This document shows positions 15,100 to 25,777 of a stretch of DNA of 32,000 nt, piece by piece. The position numbers were made by a program, and so were the translations under genes. Source of the stretch: an uncultured Alphaproteobacteria bacterium (lineage in GTDB: Bacteria > Pseudomonadota > Alphaproteobacteria > Rs-D84 > CACZYB01); assembly GCA_934246625.1 (NCBI GenBank), contig CAKQHZ010000002.1, positions 1-32,000 of the forward strand, in the 5' to 3' direction. Position 1 is the first letter of the stretch; the number at the start of each line of letters is the position of its first letter. The notes under the pieces were generated by a model, which saw nothing but the letters and a program-made list of their open reading frames with translations, did no database searches and had not been told where the DNA came from.

Positions 15100-18000
15100 T
15101 TTACCTCCTTTACTGACTTATTTTTCAAAGAAAATTTTAAAGCCAAAATATCAAATATCATAAATAAAACTGGCACAAAAATAATTCCAATAAATGTTGC
15201 TAAAAGCATACCAAAGAACACAGTTGTTCCCATTGATATTTGACTTGCTGCTCCTGCACCACTTACAAATAACATAGGGAGCACACCTAAAATAAATGTA
15301 AACGCAGTCATAAGCACAGCCCTAAATCTTTCTCCTGATGCTTCAACAGAAGCCTCCAACACCTCGACACCCTTTTTTCGATAATCCAAGGCAAATTCGA
15401 CAATCAAAATTGCATTCTTACTTGCAAGCCCGATAAGAAGAACCAATCCCAGCTGAGCATAAATACTAAGTGGTAAACCCATAACCCACAAACCAACCAA
15501 TGCTCCAAGCACCGCAAATATTGTTGAAAACATAACTGAAAATGCAATCAAAAAACTTTCATACAAGGCAACCAAAAACAAATAACCAAAAATCGCCGCC
15601 AAAGATATAAGTATCATTATCAAACCTCTGGTTTTCACCTCTTGCAAACTTAATCCAGTCCAAGAAATAGAATAACCATTACCAAGTTTTTGTGCAATTT
15701 TTTCAACTTCTTTTATTGCAGTTCCACTACTTACATTTTCTTGAGATTCTGCGGTAATACCACTACTTAAATACTGATTAAATCTGTAATAAATTTTTGG
15801 GCTTAAAGAAAAAGAAAGCTCGGCAAAATTTTTCACCTGAACAAACTTATTATCCAAAGATTTAATATAAATATTTTTAATATCGTCAAATGATTTTCTA
15901 TACTTATCCTCCGCCTGAATAATAACTTTATTAACCTGACCCAAAAGAACAATATTATTTACATAAGTTGACCCCAAATTGTTATTCAAAACAGAAAAGA
16001 ATGTTGAAAGAGGCACATTAAGAGAAGCCAACTTCACCCTATCAATATCAAGATAGATATGAGGAGTTGATGCCACAAACGGAGCAAATGCAAACTTAAA
16101 TATAGGAGAAATATTTAACTCATACAACAAACGTTCCTGAGCTTTAAACAAATCTTCTGCTGTCAAAGCCTGATTAACAGCATTAAGCTGGAAAGAAAGA
16201 CCACTACTATTTCCAACCCCAGGTATAGCAGGCAAAGAATAAAAATTCACACTCATTCCAACATCAGTTGCATAAAAACTTCTTATCTTGTTCATAATAC
16301 TTTGAAGAGAAAGATTTTTCGTTGTTCGCTTGCTCCAATCTTCAAGTCCAACAACACCCATTCCAATATTTTCACCACTTCCACCCACAAAAGAAGTTCC
16401 CGAAATACCAATAATATATTTTACACCAGGGACCTTTAAAACCTTGTCCGCCATATCCTGTAAAACTTCCTTTGTTTTATTTATACTATCTGTATCAGAA
16501 AGCTGAATATTTGCAAATAAAATACCCTGATCTTCCTCTGGAATAAAAGAAGTAGGAGTTATATAAAAAAGCCCCGCAATAACTCCGCTAACACAAAGCA
16601 AAATTACCAAAGACAATTTAATTTTCTGACAAAAGTATTTAACCACAACCAAATACTTTGATTTTGAATAATCAAGTGCATTATTAAACCACGCGAAATG
16701 ATTTTTAATTTTTAAATCGACATCACTATCAACACCTTTTTTCAAAAATATTGCACATAAAGCCGGACTTAAAGTCAAAGCATTTACTGATGAAAAAGAA
16801 ACTGCCGTTGCAATAGTTATCGCAAATTGCTTATAAATTTCACCTGTTAATCCAGCCATCAAACCAACAGGCACAAAGATTGCAAGCAAAACCAAAGTCG
16901 TTGCAACAACTGCACCACTAATTTCTTGCATAGCCAACACCGATGCAGAAGTTGAATCCATATTTTTATTTTTCATCAAATACTGAACACGTTCAACAAC
17001 CACAATCGCATCATCAACAACCAATCCAATTGCAAGTATCATTGCAAACAAAGTCAAAATATTTATATCAAATCCAAAAAGATATAAAACCGCAAATGTT
17101 GCAATCAAGGAAACAGGTATAGTAATCGTTGGAATAAGCACCGCATAAATGTTTTGCAAAAATATAAATACAACCAAAACCACCAAAACAAATGTTAAAA
17201 GCAAAGTCGAAATAATACTTTCAATAGAAGCCTTAACAAACTTTGTTGAATCATAGGCAATCTCAAATGTCATATCTTCTGGAAATGATTTTTCCAAGGA
17301 TTTCATCTCTGCTTCTAATGATTTCATAATAGTCAAGCTATTTGTATCAGGAGTTTGAGAAAGCCCTAAAATCACACCAGCAGTTCCATTATAACTCGCA
17401 CTAACATTGTATGAATCCGCACCAATATCAACTCTTGCCACATCAGAAAGTCTTACAATTCCACCATCTTTACTTGTTGCAACAATAATATTCTCAAAAT
17501 CCTTTACATCGGAAAGAAGTCCCTTTGCAGTCAATGTCAAAACCAATTCCGTATCTTTATCACTTGGAGCACTTCCAATACTTCCCATTGATGCCTGTAT
17601 ATTTTGTTCTCTAATCGCTTGTATAATATCTTGAGAATTAAGTCCAAGAGAAGTCATTTTATAAGGGTTTATCCAAACACGAATACTATATTGTGGGCCA
17701 TAAACATTTACATCACTAATACCATTTACACGAGACAAAGGATTAACCAAATTTGTATAGGCATAATTACTTAAATACAAATCACTATAGGTATTATTGG
17801 GTGAACGAAGTACAAGCATACCCAAAATATTTGAAGATTGAGTTCTTACATTAAGACCTTCTTTATTAACAACATCTGGTAAAATAGAAGTAATTTGTTG
17901 TAATCGGTTTTGCACCTTTACCTGTGCCATATCGTCATCAACACCAATATCAAAAGTAATAGTTAGCTTATATACACCCCTATCCTCACTGTTTGATGAC

Positions 18001-18239
18001 ATATAAAGCATACCATCAACACCATTGATTGCATTTTCTATTGGCACTGCAACCATATCTTGTAAAACCGAAGCATTTGCACCTGGGTATCTTGCTTCTA
18101 CAATAATTTGTGGTGGCGTAATTTTAGGATATTGTGAAACTGGCAACACAGCTATTGCCATAAGCCCAAACAAAACCATAACCAAGGCAATAACAATAGC
18201 AAATCGCGGACGTTTAATAAAAAAAGCTGAAAAGTTCAT
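15096..18239 (-). CDS. RND (HAE1/AcrB-type) efflux permease
   Basis: 1047 aa. N-terminal FFIKRPRFAIVIAL, a 12-TM architecture and conserved VVDDAIVVVE. Confidence 0.93.
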   Translation of the reverse strand: MNFSAFFIKRPRFAIVIALVMVLFGLMAIAVLPVSQYPKITPPQIIVEARYPGANASVLQDMVAVPIENAINGVDGMLYMSSNSEDRGVYKLTITFDIGVDDDMAQVKVQNRLQQITSILPDVVNKEGLNVRTQSSNILGMLVLRSPNNTYSDLYLSNYAYTNLVNPLSRVNGISDVNVYGPQYSIRVWINPYKMTSLGLNSQDIIQAIREQNIQASMGSIGSAPSDKDTELVLTLTAKGLLSDVKDFENIIVATSKDGGIVRLSDVARVDIGADSYNVSASYNGTAGVILGLSQTPDTNSLTIMKSLEAEMKSLEKSFPEDMTFEIAYDSTKFVKASIESIISTLLLTFVLVVLVVFIFLQNIYAVLIPTITIPVSLIATFAVLYLFGFDINILTLFAMILAIGLVVDDAIVVVERVQYLMKNKNMDSTSASVLAMQEISGAVVATTLVLLAIFVPVGLMAGLTGEIYKQFAITIATAVSFSSVNALTLSPALCAIFLKKGVDSDVDLKIKNHFAWFNNALDYSKSKYLVVVKYFCQKIKLSLVILLCVSGVIAGLFYITPTSFIPEEDQGILFANIQLSDTDSINKTKEVLQDMADKVLKVPGVKYIIGISGTSFVGGSGENIGMGVVGLEDWSKRTTKNLSLQSIMNKIRSFYATDVGMSVNFYSLPAIPGVGNSSGLSFQLNAVNQALTAEDLFKAQERLLYELNISPIFKFAFAPFVASTPHIYLDIDRVKLASLNVPLSTFFSVLNNNLGSTYVNNIVLLGQVNKVIIQAEDKYRKSFDDIKNIYIKSLDNKFVQVKNFAELSFSLSPKIYYRFNQYLSSGITAESQENVSSGTAIKEVEKIAQKLGNGYSISWTGLSLQEVKTRGLIMILISLAAIFGYLFLVALYESFLIAFSVMFSTIFAVLGALVGLWVMGLPLSIYAQLGLVLLIGLASKNAILIVEFALDYRKKGVEVLEASVEASGERFRAVLMTAFTFILGVLPMLFVSGAGAASQISMGTTVFFGMLLATFIGIIFVPVLFMIFDILALKFSLKNKSVKEVK

Positions 18240-18248
18240 ATTAACTCC

Positions 18249-19394
18249 TTACATAGAAGACTCAGGTTTCACATTTTTAATTAAATCACTAGTTGAAAGT
18301 TTATTAAGGATAACTTTATCCCCAACCAATAATCCCTTTGTTATAATAAAATTATTTTCAAATTGCTCACCAAGGACGATAAATACCTTTTGTGGCTTTT
18401 GATTTTCACCAATCACATATACATAACTATCACCATCTTGAAGATACACTGAACTTTGAGGAATAAGTATTACATCTTTTAAATATTTTTCCATTATCAC
18501 ATCGACATAGGCATTGGTATATAAAACTTTATTCGGATTTGAAAAATCAGCAAACACACGCACAGACCCAGTGGAATTTGCAACCTCGTTATCCCAAAAT
18601 TTCACAACTCCAACCTTATCAAATATAATACCATTTGAAAGTTTCAATTTTATATCCCAACCTGAAAAAGGACGTTTTCCATTTACCAACTTAATTTCAT
18701 TCAAATATTCTTTATCTGATATTGAAAATACTACACGAATAGGATTGTATTGAATTATTTTAAGAAGAGCTTGCCCCTGTGGTGAAACATAATCACCCTT
18801 TGAAATATTAACATTTCCAACCATTCCAGAAATAGTTGCCTTTATCACAGTATAATTATAATTGATTTTTGCCTTTTCATAATTTGCTATTGCCTGAGCC
18901 AACTCTGCTTCACTTGATAAAAAAGAAGTTTTTGCATTATCAAGTTCAGTTTTTGAAATCGCTCTACTTCCAGCCTTTATCATACGTTCATAATAAATTT
19001 TTGCATTTTCAAGATTTGCCTTTGCCTGCAAAATTCCAGCATAAGCAGAATCTAAATTTGCCTTATATTCATCTTGACGAATAACAAACAAAACATCATT
19101 AACCTTCACATCTTGCCCACCAACAACTTTTACCTTTTCAATAAACCCAGAAATAAAAGGCAAAACCTCCACCGAATTGATAGGAGAAATAAAACCGACA
19201 TACTTTTTTTGTAATGTAATATTTTGAGGTTCAATATTTAATATATTAACATTCAACAAATTGTCTTGCTTTATAACCTTTTTCAACTTATGAAAGGGGA
19301 AGAAAAAATAAACCAAAAAACAAATAATAACAAATAAAAAAATTCCCCATAAAAGTTTATGATGATTATCATTTTTCATACTAACTTTTTCCAT
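18249..19394 (-). CDS. RND efflux periplasmic adaptor (membrane fusion protein)
   Basis: Start taken at MEKVSMKN (GGGAGG Shine-Dalgarno upstream). One N-terminal TM helix, then lipoyl/coiled-coil/beta-barrel blocks typical of the HlyD_D23 family. Confidence 0.85.
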   Translation of the reverse strand: MEKVSMKNDNHHKLLWGIFLFVIICFLVYFFFPFHKLKKVIKQDNLLNVNILNIEPQNITLQKKYVGFISPINSVEVLPFISGFIEKVKVVGGQDVKVNDVLFVIRQDEYKANLDSAYAGILQAKANLENAKIYYERMIKAGSRAISKTELDNAKTSFLSSEAELAQAIANYEKAKINYNYTVIKATISGMVGNVNISKGDYVSPQGQALLKIIQYNPIRVVFSISDKEYLNEIKLVNGKRPFSGWDIKLKLSNGIIFDKVGVVKFWDNEVANSTGSVRVFADFSNPNKVLYTNAYVDVIMEKYLKDVILIPQSSVYLQDGDSYVYVIGENQKPQKVFIVLGEQFENNFIITKGLLVGDKVILNKLSTSDLIKNVKPESSM

Positions 19395-19492
19395 AAGTTT
19401 CACCCTCCCAAGTTGTATATAACAACTAAGGCAAGGATACATAAATAAAGGATATTATGCAATAATCTGATATTCCTAAGAATAAAAGCAAA

Positions 19493-20161
19493 CTACAAAG
19501 AAAGAATTTTACAATCCTTATCAATAATCAAATCAGCTTCGGTTGATGCAATCACATCTTCCACAGAAGAATAAGGACTTACCTCAACCAAATGAAGACC
19601 ATCTGACATAACCTTAATAACGGCTTTTTCAGTAATAATCAAATCAACCGCTCCAACTGCAGTCAAAGGCAAAGTGCATTTTTTAAGGATTTTAGGAGAA
19701 CCATCTTTTACACAATGTTCCATTGTAATAATAACTTTTTTTGCACCAACAACCAAATCCATTGCGCCACCCATTCCAGGAACAAATTTCCCAGGGATAA
19801 GATAGTTTGCAAGATTTCCCTTTTCATCAACTTGTAATGCCCCAAGCACTGTTGTGTCAATATGACCACCACGTATAATTGTAAATGATAAAGCACTATC
19901 AAAAAAGGCACCACCTTCAAGGATAGTAACATTTACACCACCAGCATTTGTTATATGAAAATCTTCCTTTCCAGCCTCTGGCTTTGGACCACATCTTACG
20001 ATTCCATTTTCTGCTTGTATAGAAATATGCACACCTTCAGGGAGATAATTTGCCGCCTCTGTTGGCATACCAATACCAAGAGTTACAATATCACCATCTT
20101 TAAATTCTTTTGCAACACGTCTTACAATATATTCACGAATTTGTTCTTTTGAAAGTTCCAT
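19493..20161 (-). CDS. scoB: 3-oxoacid CoA-transferase subunit B
   Basis: 222 aa. Catalytic Glu motif QAENG and full-length resemblance to ScoB/AtoA. Confidence 0.88.
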   Translation of the reverse strand: MELSKEQIREYIVRRVAKEFKDGDIVTLGIGMPTEAANYLPEGVHISIQAENGIVRCGPKPEAGKEDFHITNAGGVNVTILEGGAFFDSALSFTIIRGGHIDTTVLGALQVDEKGNLANYLIPGKFVPGMGGAMDLVVGAKKVIITMEHCVKDGSPKILKKCTLPLTAVGAVDLIITEKAVIKVMSDGLHLVEVSPYSSVEDVIASTEADLIIDKDCKILSL

Positions 20162-20163
20162 TT

Positions 20164-20814
20164 TTAATCCTTTTGTTTAACAATATAATCAATAAAAAGA
20201 CCAGGAATTACAACCTCGTTTGGATTAAGGTATCCATCAACAAATTCCTCTGCTTCTACTATCACAACATCTGCAGCCGTTGCCATAACAATATTTGTAT
20301 TTCTTGTTGTTCCAACAAATGATATATTTCCAGCCTTATCAACCTTTGAACCATAAATAAGGGCGACATCACCCTTCAAAGGTTTTTCAAGCAAATAATC
20401 CTTTCCATCAATGGTAATAACCTGCTTGCCCTTTTGAACTTCTGTTCCAATACCAGTTGGAGTAAGCACACCACCAAGCCCAGCACCAGCACTTCGAATT
20501 CTTTCTGACAAGGTTCCTTGTGGCACAAGTTCCACTTCCATTTCACCAGCATTCATTTGACGACCAGTTTCAGGGTTAAGCCCAATATGTGAAGCAATAA
20601 CTTTTTTTACCTTTTTTGCGGAAACAAGACTTCCTCTATCTGAATCAACAAAAGAAGTATCATTACCAACCAAAGTTAAATCCTTTGTATCTGTTTTCAA
20701 AATTTCCTTAATAACTTCTGTTGGTGTTCCACATTTAAGAAACCCACCAACAAACAATGTCATTCCTGATTTTATCAAAGAACACGCATCTTTCGCAGAA
20801 ATAATTTTAGCCAT
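20164..20814 (-). CDS. scoA: 3-oxoacid CoA-transferase subunit A
   Basis: 216 aa. The GGF..CGTP block and full-length resemblance to ScoA/AtoD. Ends 2 nt upstream of scoB. Confidence 0.88.
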   Translation of the reverse strand: MAKIISAKDACSLIKSGMTLFVGGFLKCGTPTEVIKEILKTDTKDLTLVGNDTSFVDSDRGSLVSAKKVKKVIASHIGLNPETGRQMNAGEMEVELVPQGTLSERIRSAGAGLGGVLTPTGIGTEVQKGKQVITIDGKDYLLEKPLKGDVALIYGSKVDKAGNISFVGTTRNTNIVMATAADVVIVEAEEFVDGYLNPNEVVIPGLFIDYIVKQKD

Positions 20815-20935
20815 CTATTTTCCTAATAGTTAAAGTTATTTACCAATAATAAAGTAAAACAAGTTTTTTTTCAATAAAAAGATAAATTTAGTAAAAAAAT
20901 AGATATTTTATCCTATCTTTTAATCAAAACTTAGA

Positions 20936-20961
20936 AATAAAAAATTCCCCATTTAGGGGAA
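20936..20961 (-). terminator. intrinsic terminator after the MarC-family gene
   Basis: Stem TTCCCC / GGGGAA with a 5-nt loop. On the minus strand it is followed by a T-run. Confidence 0.7.
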
Positions 20962-20964
20962 CCT

Positions 20965-21549
20965 TTAAATTTGTTCAACAATATAAGTTATATTCGTAAT
21001 AAAAAGTTTTAATGCAATCGCAAGCAAAATTACACCAAAAAACTTTTGTATCATATAAATCAAAGCATCACCCAAAAATTTTTCAATATAATCAATTAAA
21101 AGTATCACAAAATAAACAACTATAATATTAAGTCCCATTGCAATAAGCATATTTATATCAGAATATTGTGCACGTATAGAAAGCACAGTTGTAAACACTC
21201 CCGCACCTGTCAATAATGGGAAAACCACAGGAATAAATGTTGCATCACTACCCTGAGTTTTACTATCTCTAAAAATACGAATATTCAAAGTCATTTCCAA
21301 ACCAATAACAAAAATAACTATACTTCCAGCAACGGCAAAAGAAGGCAAATCAATATGAAACAATCTAAGCATTGCATCACCGACATAGAAAAACACTAAT
21401 AACATAATAGTAGAATATAATCCAGCACGTGAAGCAGATACTATTTTCCCTTGTTTTTTAAGCTCTATTACTGTTGGCACAGCAGCAAACACGTCAATAA
21501 TTGCAAAAAGAACCAAAAAAGCCTCTAAAATTTGATTTGTATTAAACAT
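20965..21549 (-). CDS. MarC-family (UPF0056) integral membrane protein
   Basis: 194 aa, 6 TM helices, with blocks typical of the MarC/NAAT family. Confidence 0.75.
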   Translation of the reverse strand: MFNTNQILEAFLVLFAIIDVFAAVPTVIELKKQGKIVSASRAGLYSTIMLLVFFYVGDAMLRLFHIDLPSFAVAGSIVIFVIGLEMTLNIRIFRDSKTQGSDATFIPVVFPLLTGAGVFTTVLSIRAQYSDINMLIAMGLNIIVVYFVILLIDYIEKFLGDALIYMIQKFFGVILLAIALKLFITNITYIVEQI

Positions 21550-21677
21550 TTTTATCTCCTAATTAAATAGGCAAGTAGAATATAACTAAATTAAAAAAAA
21601 TCAAGCACTAAATAAAAAATTATTGCTTTATTCCTAAATTTATTAAATAATAAAATTATAACAAAACGAGGTGTAAA

Positions 21678-21947
21678 ATGAAAAAATATTTACTTACTTT
21701 TACATTTATAACTTTAATATCTTCAACTGCATTTGCAACAATTGATGTTCCACAAAAAATAAAGGTCGGGAATGCAACCTATTCTTGCACACGAAAATCT
21801 TGTGAACTTGTTGATGGCAAGGCTGAAAAAAATGCAGAATTCGAATACACTTCAATCACAACTTCAAATTCGGGAAATTCGGTTGTAAAAAAACAATATA
21901 AATGCAAAACCACCGAAAACGGAGTTCACTGCAAATCAAAATATTAA
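21678..21947 (+). CDS. small secreted hypothetical protein (4 Cys)
   Basis: 89 aa. GAGG Shine-Dalgarno upstream. Signal peptide ending in AFA|T. No family recognised. Confidence 0.55.
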   Translation: MKKYLLTFTFITLISSTAFATIDVPQKIKVGNATYSCTRKSCELVDGKAEKNAEFEYTSITTSNSGNSVVKKQYKCKTTENGVHCKSKY

Positions 21948-21948
21948 A

Positions 21949-24627
21949 CTATTCAAAAACCTTTAAATCATTCAAAATATTTTTGGGTATAGTATAATCT
22001 TGTTGCCATTCGCTCATATTCCATGGGCGTTTTCCAATATATTGTTCCACAGTTTTGTATAAAATTTTACCCTTGCTAATAAAAAATTCCGCACCTTCTG
22101 AAAACTTAAAAAACTTTCTATCAAAAACTTTTTTATTGCACTTATAATATGCCTTTGAGGAATCAAATCCCGCAAATATCACATCTGCCTCACCCTGACA
22201 AACCTTTTTATACTCAAAAAATTTATTGATAAAGGCAACATTAACACCATTTATGTTTAAAATCTTTTTATCTTCAACACTTGAATTTGATACACCAACA
22301 ACCTTTTTCCAATCATCAATCAACCTTACCGACAAAGGATAAGACGAATTGTTCACAACCTTTATTTGTTTATCGGAAACAATACCAAAAACCTGACCAT
22401 ACTTATTTGCAAATATTGATGGCACAGGAGCCAAAATATACAAATACACCCCACAAACAACAGGAATTATTCCAAAATAACGCCACTTTCTTTGCCAAAT
22501 AAAAAACCACATAATACCAGCAATAATCAAAAGCAATGCCATCATTGACATAGACTTTACATCAAATGAGGCATAAGGCAATCTTGCAACAACTTTTGCA
22601 ACAAAATTGATGGCATCAACCCCAAATTCAGTAATCTTAAGTGGCACATATTCAAGCCCAAATGGAAAAGCAAAAAATGAAAGCAATATTGCTGGCATAA
22701 CAATAATACTGCAAATCGGAATTGCAAATAAATTACCCAACACACTATAAATTTGAATACTATTAAAATGATATATTATAACAGGAGCAATCACCAAACT
22801 TGTGCAAAAGGCAACCAAAATATTCGCCCACACAATATTAACAAAATCAAAAAACTTCTTTTTTACCCCTTCTAACTTATCATTTTTAATAATCCAATAC
22901 TCTCTATATTCATAAAGTTTTATAAGTGTTATCACCGCCAAAAACGACATTTGAAAACCCGCATTGATTAAGGCTTCAGGAGACAACACCAAAATAATTA
23001 TCGCAGTAATAGATAAAAACCTTAATGAAAACGGACTTCTATCAATAAGTATGGCAATAAGTCCCAAAAATATAGTAATAAATGCTCGTTGTGTAGGGAT
23101 TCGTGCACCACTTAAAAGCAAATAAAACGTTGCCACAAACAAAGCAAAAAATACCGCCAACTTTTTTGTATTATAACGAGAAGCAATCGGCATATAAAAA
23201 GCCAACAACAACCTTATAAACAAAAATGCCACACCAACAATAAGTGTCATATGAATACCAGATATCGAAAGCAAATGTGAAATTCCTGCACTGTTATAAT
23301 TTTCAGAAATATCCTTTGGCACAGAATATCTTTCTCCTGTCATCATTGACATAATCACACCAGAAGTATTTTCAGAATTTATCTTTTCAATTCTTTTATT
23401 TATAAAATCTCGCATATTTAAAAATTTGAAATAAATATCTTCAAAATATGTATTCTTTGAAGCAACATTAACCACTTCCCAAGGTTTAGAAATTCTTCCA
23501 CTTGCAGATAATTTTTTATAATAACTATATCTTGCAAAATCAAACCCACCAATAACATTTGGCAAAAATGGAGGAAGCAAAGTTGATTCGAATTTTATAT
23601 AATCCCCAAGCAAAGGAAGTCCAAATTTTTTTGAAACCTTAACCCTAACCTTATCAACCTTTACATCGCTATAATTTAAAATTGAAACCTTATCCACAGT
23701 AAAGCGATAGTCATCATCAAAATATTCCACTTCAATAAGACGACCAACGACCTGAGCATCTTTTAACTTTGAAAATAATAAATTTGTATCAAGCATATTT
23801 GTTCTTAGTTTTATAAGGAAAAATCCAAAAATAAAAAAGAACAAAATAAAATTCACAGAAAAAACTATTTGAACAAACTTTTGAATAACTCGCTTTGGAA
23901 TAAACAAATTTATAAACTTTAAAACCTTTTGTTTTAACTTTTTAAAAAATTTATTTATCTTTTTATGTAAAAATGCAATAAACATAAACAAAGGATTATG
24001 AAAAAACTTTTTTAATATTTTCATCAAAAAACGATAAATATCCTTTGTTTTTCGAAGCAAAAGTTTCCACAACTTTTCACTTTTATCCTTTTTTGAATGA
24101 GAAGTTTTCACAACATCTTTTGAAAAAGAAAATAAAAAAGTTCGCTTAAACCAATTTATAATCGGTGCAAAAATAAACTTAATTCCCTTTAAAATATCCT
24201 TCATCAAAGCATTATCATAAAGCAAAGCAAAATACTTCAAAAACTTTGAATACTCAAAAATCGAATACACCCAACCACCAACCAATAAAAACAAAGTAAT
24301 ATGACCCAACACAGGTATAAAAAATAAAAAGATTGTAAATTTCAAAACCTTTTTCAAAATATATTTAAGTGTAGACCAAGCAAAAATTTTTTTATATTTT
24401 TTAATTTTATCAGAAGAATTTCCAGCATTAAGGAAAATCAAAATAAACAAACTTACCCCAAAAATTGTATTTACAAACCATGATTTAGGTTCATTATACA
24501 AATGGAAATAAAAAGCAATACCACACGAAATAAAAACAGGAATCCATAATGGAAAATTATGAATTTCGCCTGACAAATTTTCAGAAATATAATTAAAAAA
24601 TCGTTTTAACATTTTAATTTTTCCCAA
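21949..24627 (-). CDS. comEC: ComEC/Rec2-family DNA internalisation channel with a Lys-rich N-terminal insertion
   Basis: 892 aa. A DUF4131-like OB region (VVGRLIEVEY..FTVD) and a competence-domain core (GISHLLSISGIHMTL). I see no obvious metallo-beta-lactamase motifs at the C-terminus. Confidence 0.82.
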   Translation of the reverse strand: MGKIKMLKRFFNYISENLSGEIHNFPLWIPVFISCGIAFYFHLYNEPKSWFVNTIFGVSLFILIFLNAGNSSDKIKKYKKIFAWSTLKYILKKVLKFTIFLFFIPVLGHITLFLLVGGWVYSIFEYSKFLKYFALLYDNALMKDILKGIKFIFAPIINWFKRTFLFSFSKDVVKTSHSKKDKSEKLWKLLLRKTKDIYRFLMKILKKFFHNPLFMFIAFLHKKINKFFKKLKQKVLKFINLFIPKRVIQKFVQIVFSVNFILFFFIFGFFLIKLRTNMLDTNLLFSKLKDAQVVGRLIEVEYFDDDYRFTVDKVSILNYSDVKVDKVRVKVSKKFGLPLLGDYIKFESTLLPPFLPNVIGGFDFARYSYYKKLSASGRISKPWEVVNVASKNTYFEDIYFKFLNMRDFINKRIEKINSENTSGVIMSMMTGERYSVPKDISENYNSAGISHLLSISGIHMTLIVGVAFLFIRLLLAFYMPIASRYNTKKLAVFFALFVATFYLLLSGARIPTQRAFITIFLGLIAILIDRSPFSLRFLSITAIIILVLSPEALINAGFQMSFLAVITLIKLYEYREYWIIKNDKLEGVKKKFFDFVNIVWANILVAFCTSLVIAPVIIYHFNSIQIYSVLGNLFAIPICSIIVMPAILLSFFAFPFGLEYVPLKITEFGVDAINFVAKVVARLPYASFDVKSMSMMALLLIIAGIMWFFIWQRKWRYFGIIPVVCGVYLYILAPVPSIFANKYGQVFGIVSDKQIKVVNNSSYPLSVRLIDDWKKVVGVSNSSVEDKKILNINGVNVAFINKFFEYKKVCQGEADVIFAGFDSSKAYYKCNKKVFDRKFFKFSEGAEFFISKGKILYKTVEQYIGKRPWNMSEWQQDYTIPKNILNDLKVFE

Positions 24628-24693
24628 ATAAAATTAAAATATAATCGCAAAACAAAATAAAATCAATAATTTCAATAAAGTTAAAAAAATTAC

Positions 24694-24721
24694 TTGCAAA
24701 CAAAAAGTAATATGATATAAT
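24694..24721 (+). promoter_or_regulatory. promoter of tRNA-Pro
   Basis: TTGCAA (24694-24699), 16-nt spacer, TATAAT (24716-24721), about 20 nt before the mature tRNA 5' end. Confidence 0.55.
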
Positions 24722-24740
24722 ACCTTATGTTTTTTCAAAG

Positions 24741-24817
24741 CGGGGAGTAGCTCAGTCTGGTAGAGTACTAGTTTTGGGAACTAGGTGCCGCAAGTTCAAA
24801 TCTTGTCTCCCCGACCA
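24741..24817 (+). tRNA. tRNA-Pro (anticodon UGG)
   Basis: CGGGGAG-TA-GCTC AGTCTGGTA GAGT-A-CTAGT TTTGGGA ACTAG-GTGCC-GCAAG TTCAAAT CTTGT-CTCCCCG-A-CCA. Perfect cloverleaf with an encoded CCA. Confidence 0.95.
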
Positions 24818-24922
24818 TTTCAAAAAAATCCAATATAAAGTTATTACTCATATTTATTCAAATTTTTTGAAAAGCATTTTAAGCTCTTCTAACAAATCAA
24901 TTCCAGAAATAAAAAAACAAGT

Positions 24923-24953
24923 AAAATAAAAAAATCCCCTTAAAAAGAGGATT
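24923..24953 (-). terminator. intrinsic terminator of the orphan two-gene operon
   Basis: Minus strand: AATCCTCT-ttttta-AGGGGATT (8 bp, one G-U) followed by a T-run. Confidence 0.7.
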
Positions 24954-24976
24954 TATAAAAGCAAAAGGAAAATACA

Positions 24977-25768
24977 CTATTTAATATTTCCCATAACTTC
25001 TTTTAACTTAGAAATATTTAACTTTCTTGCCTTTCTATCAGCATCAATTTTATTTAAAATTTCATTATATAAATCTTCGTCTGAAAAAACTGTTTTTGCT
25101 TTTTTTTCATTCATCAAAGAAAGTTTTGCCATAGTATCAACTGATAAAATTTCACCCTTTGTAAGCTCAGTATGATAAAAAGTTTTATGAAGTTCTTTCA
25201 AAAATCCACTATACATATTTTCTGGGAAAAATGATTTATCTGCAATTTCCTTTGCAAAACTTAAACATTCGCTTGTTGAAAGATTATATCTTTCCTTAAT
25301 AACATATTTGTGAGCAATTCTTAAATAACTTTCAACAGATTCTTTTTTTGTTTTACTTCCCAAATATCCAAGGATTAAACGAATTTTCAAAACATTGATA
25401 AGTTCAGAATAAAAATCACGTCTTGCAACACTTTTTACATCATATTCTTCACCAAAAGCATCAATAAGACTGCCTTTTCTATCAAAAAATCCATTTTCTT
25501 TGTTATAAAGGAAATAATAATCCAAACCACTTGTCAAAGAAATCTTTTTTGCTAACTTATGGCCTATTTTTTTATAAGACAAACTTGCAACTTCAGAATG
25601 GTTTTCGACATTAAGGAAAGCCTTTTTTGGAAATGACAAGGATAATTCACCTTGTTTATTTCGTGAACCATCAGCGTGAAGTTCTATTTCACCAACACCA
25701 TCATCAGAAACACAAAGAATGTTTTGTTCAGATATTTTAATTTTTGGAAAATCAAATTTATAAATCAT
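24977..25768 (-). CDS. hypothetical protein (263 aa), second gene of the orphan operon
   Basis: ATG lies 9 nt after the upstream stop. Its GAGGTG Shine-Dalgarno overlaps that TGA stop codon. No recognisable domain, signal peptide or TM helix. Confidence 0.6.
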   Translation of the reverse strand: MIYKFDFPKIKISEQNILCVSDDGVGEIELHADGSRNKQGELSLSFPKKAFLNVENHSEVASLSYKKIGHKLAKKISLTSGLDYYFLYNKENGFFDRKGSLIDAFGEEYDVKSVARRDFYSELINVLKIRLILGYLGSKTKKESVESYLRIAHKYVIKERYNLSTSECLSFAKEIADKSFFPENMYSGFLKELHKTFYHTELTKGEILSVDTMAKLSLMNEKKAKTVFSDEDLYNEILNKIDADRKARKLNISKLKEVMGNIK

Positions 25769-25777
25769 AATAGCACC

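Noticed and set aside
18025-18402. 125-aa plus-strand ORF, plus many other 60-100-aa ORFs antisense to large genes (for example 1740..1985, 14256..14492, 17407..17634, 27207..27473)
   Set aside because: They are embedded antisense in clearly homologous genes (RND pump, recG and others). They have no start context and are typical AT-rich shadow ORFs.
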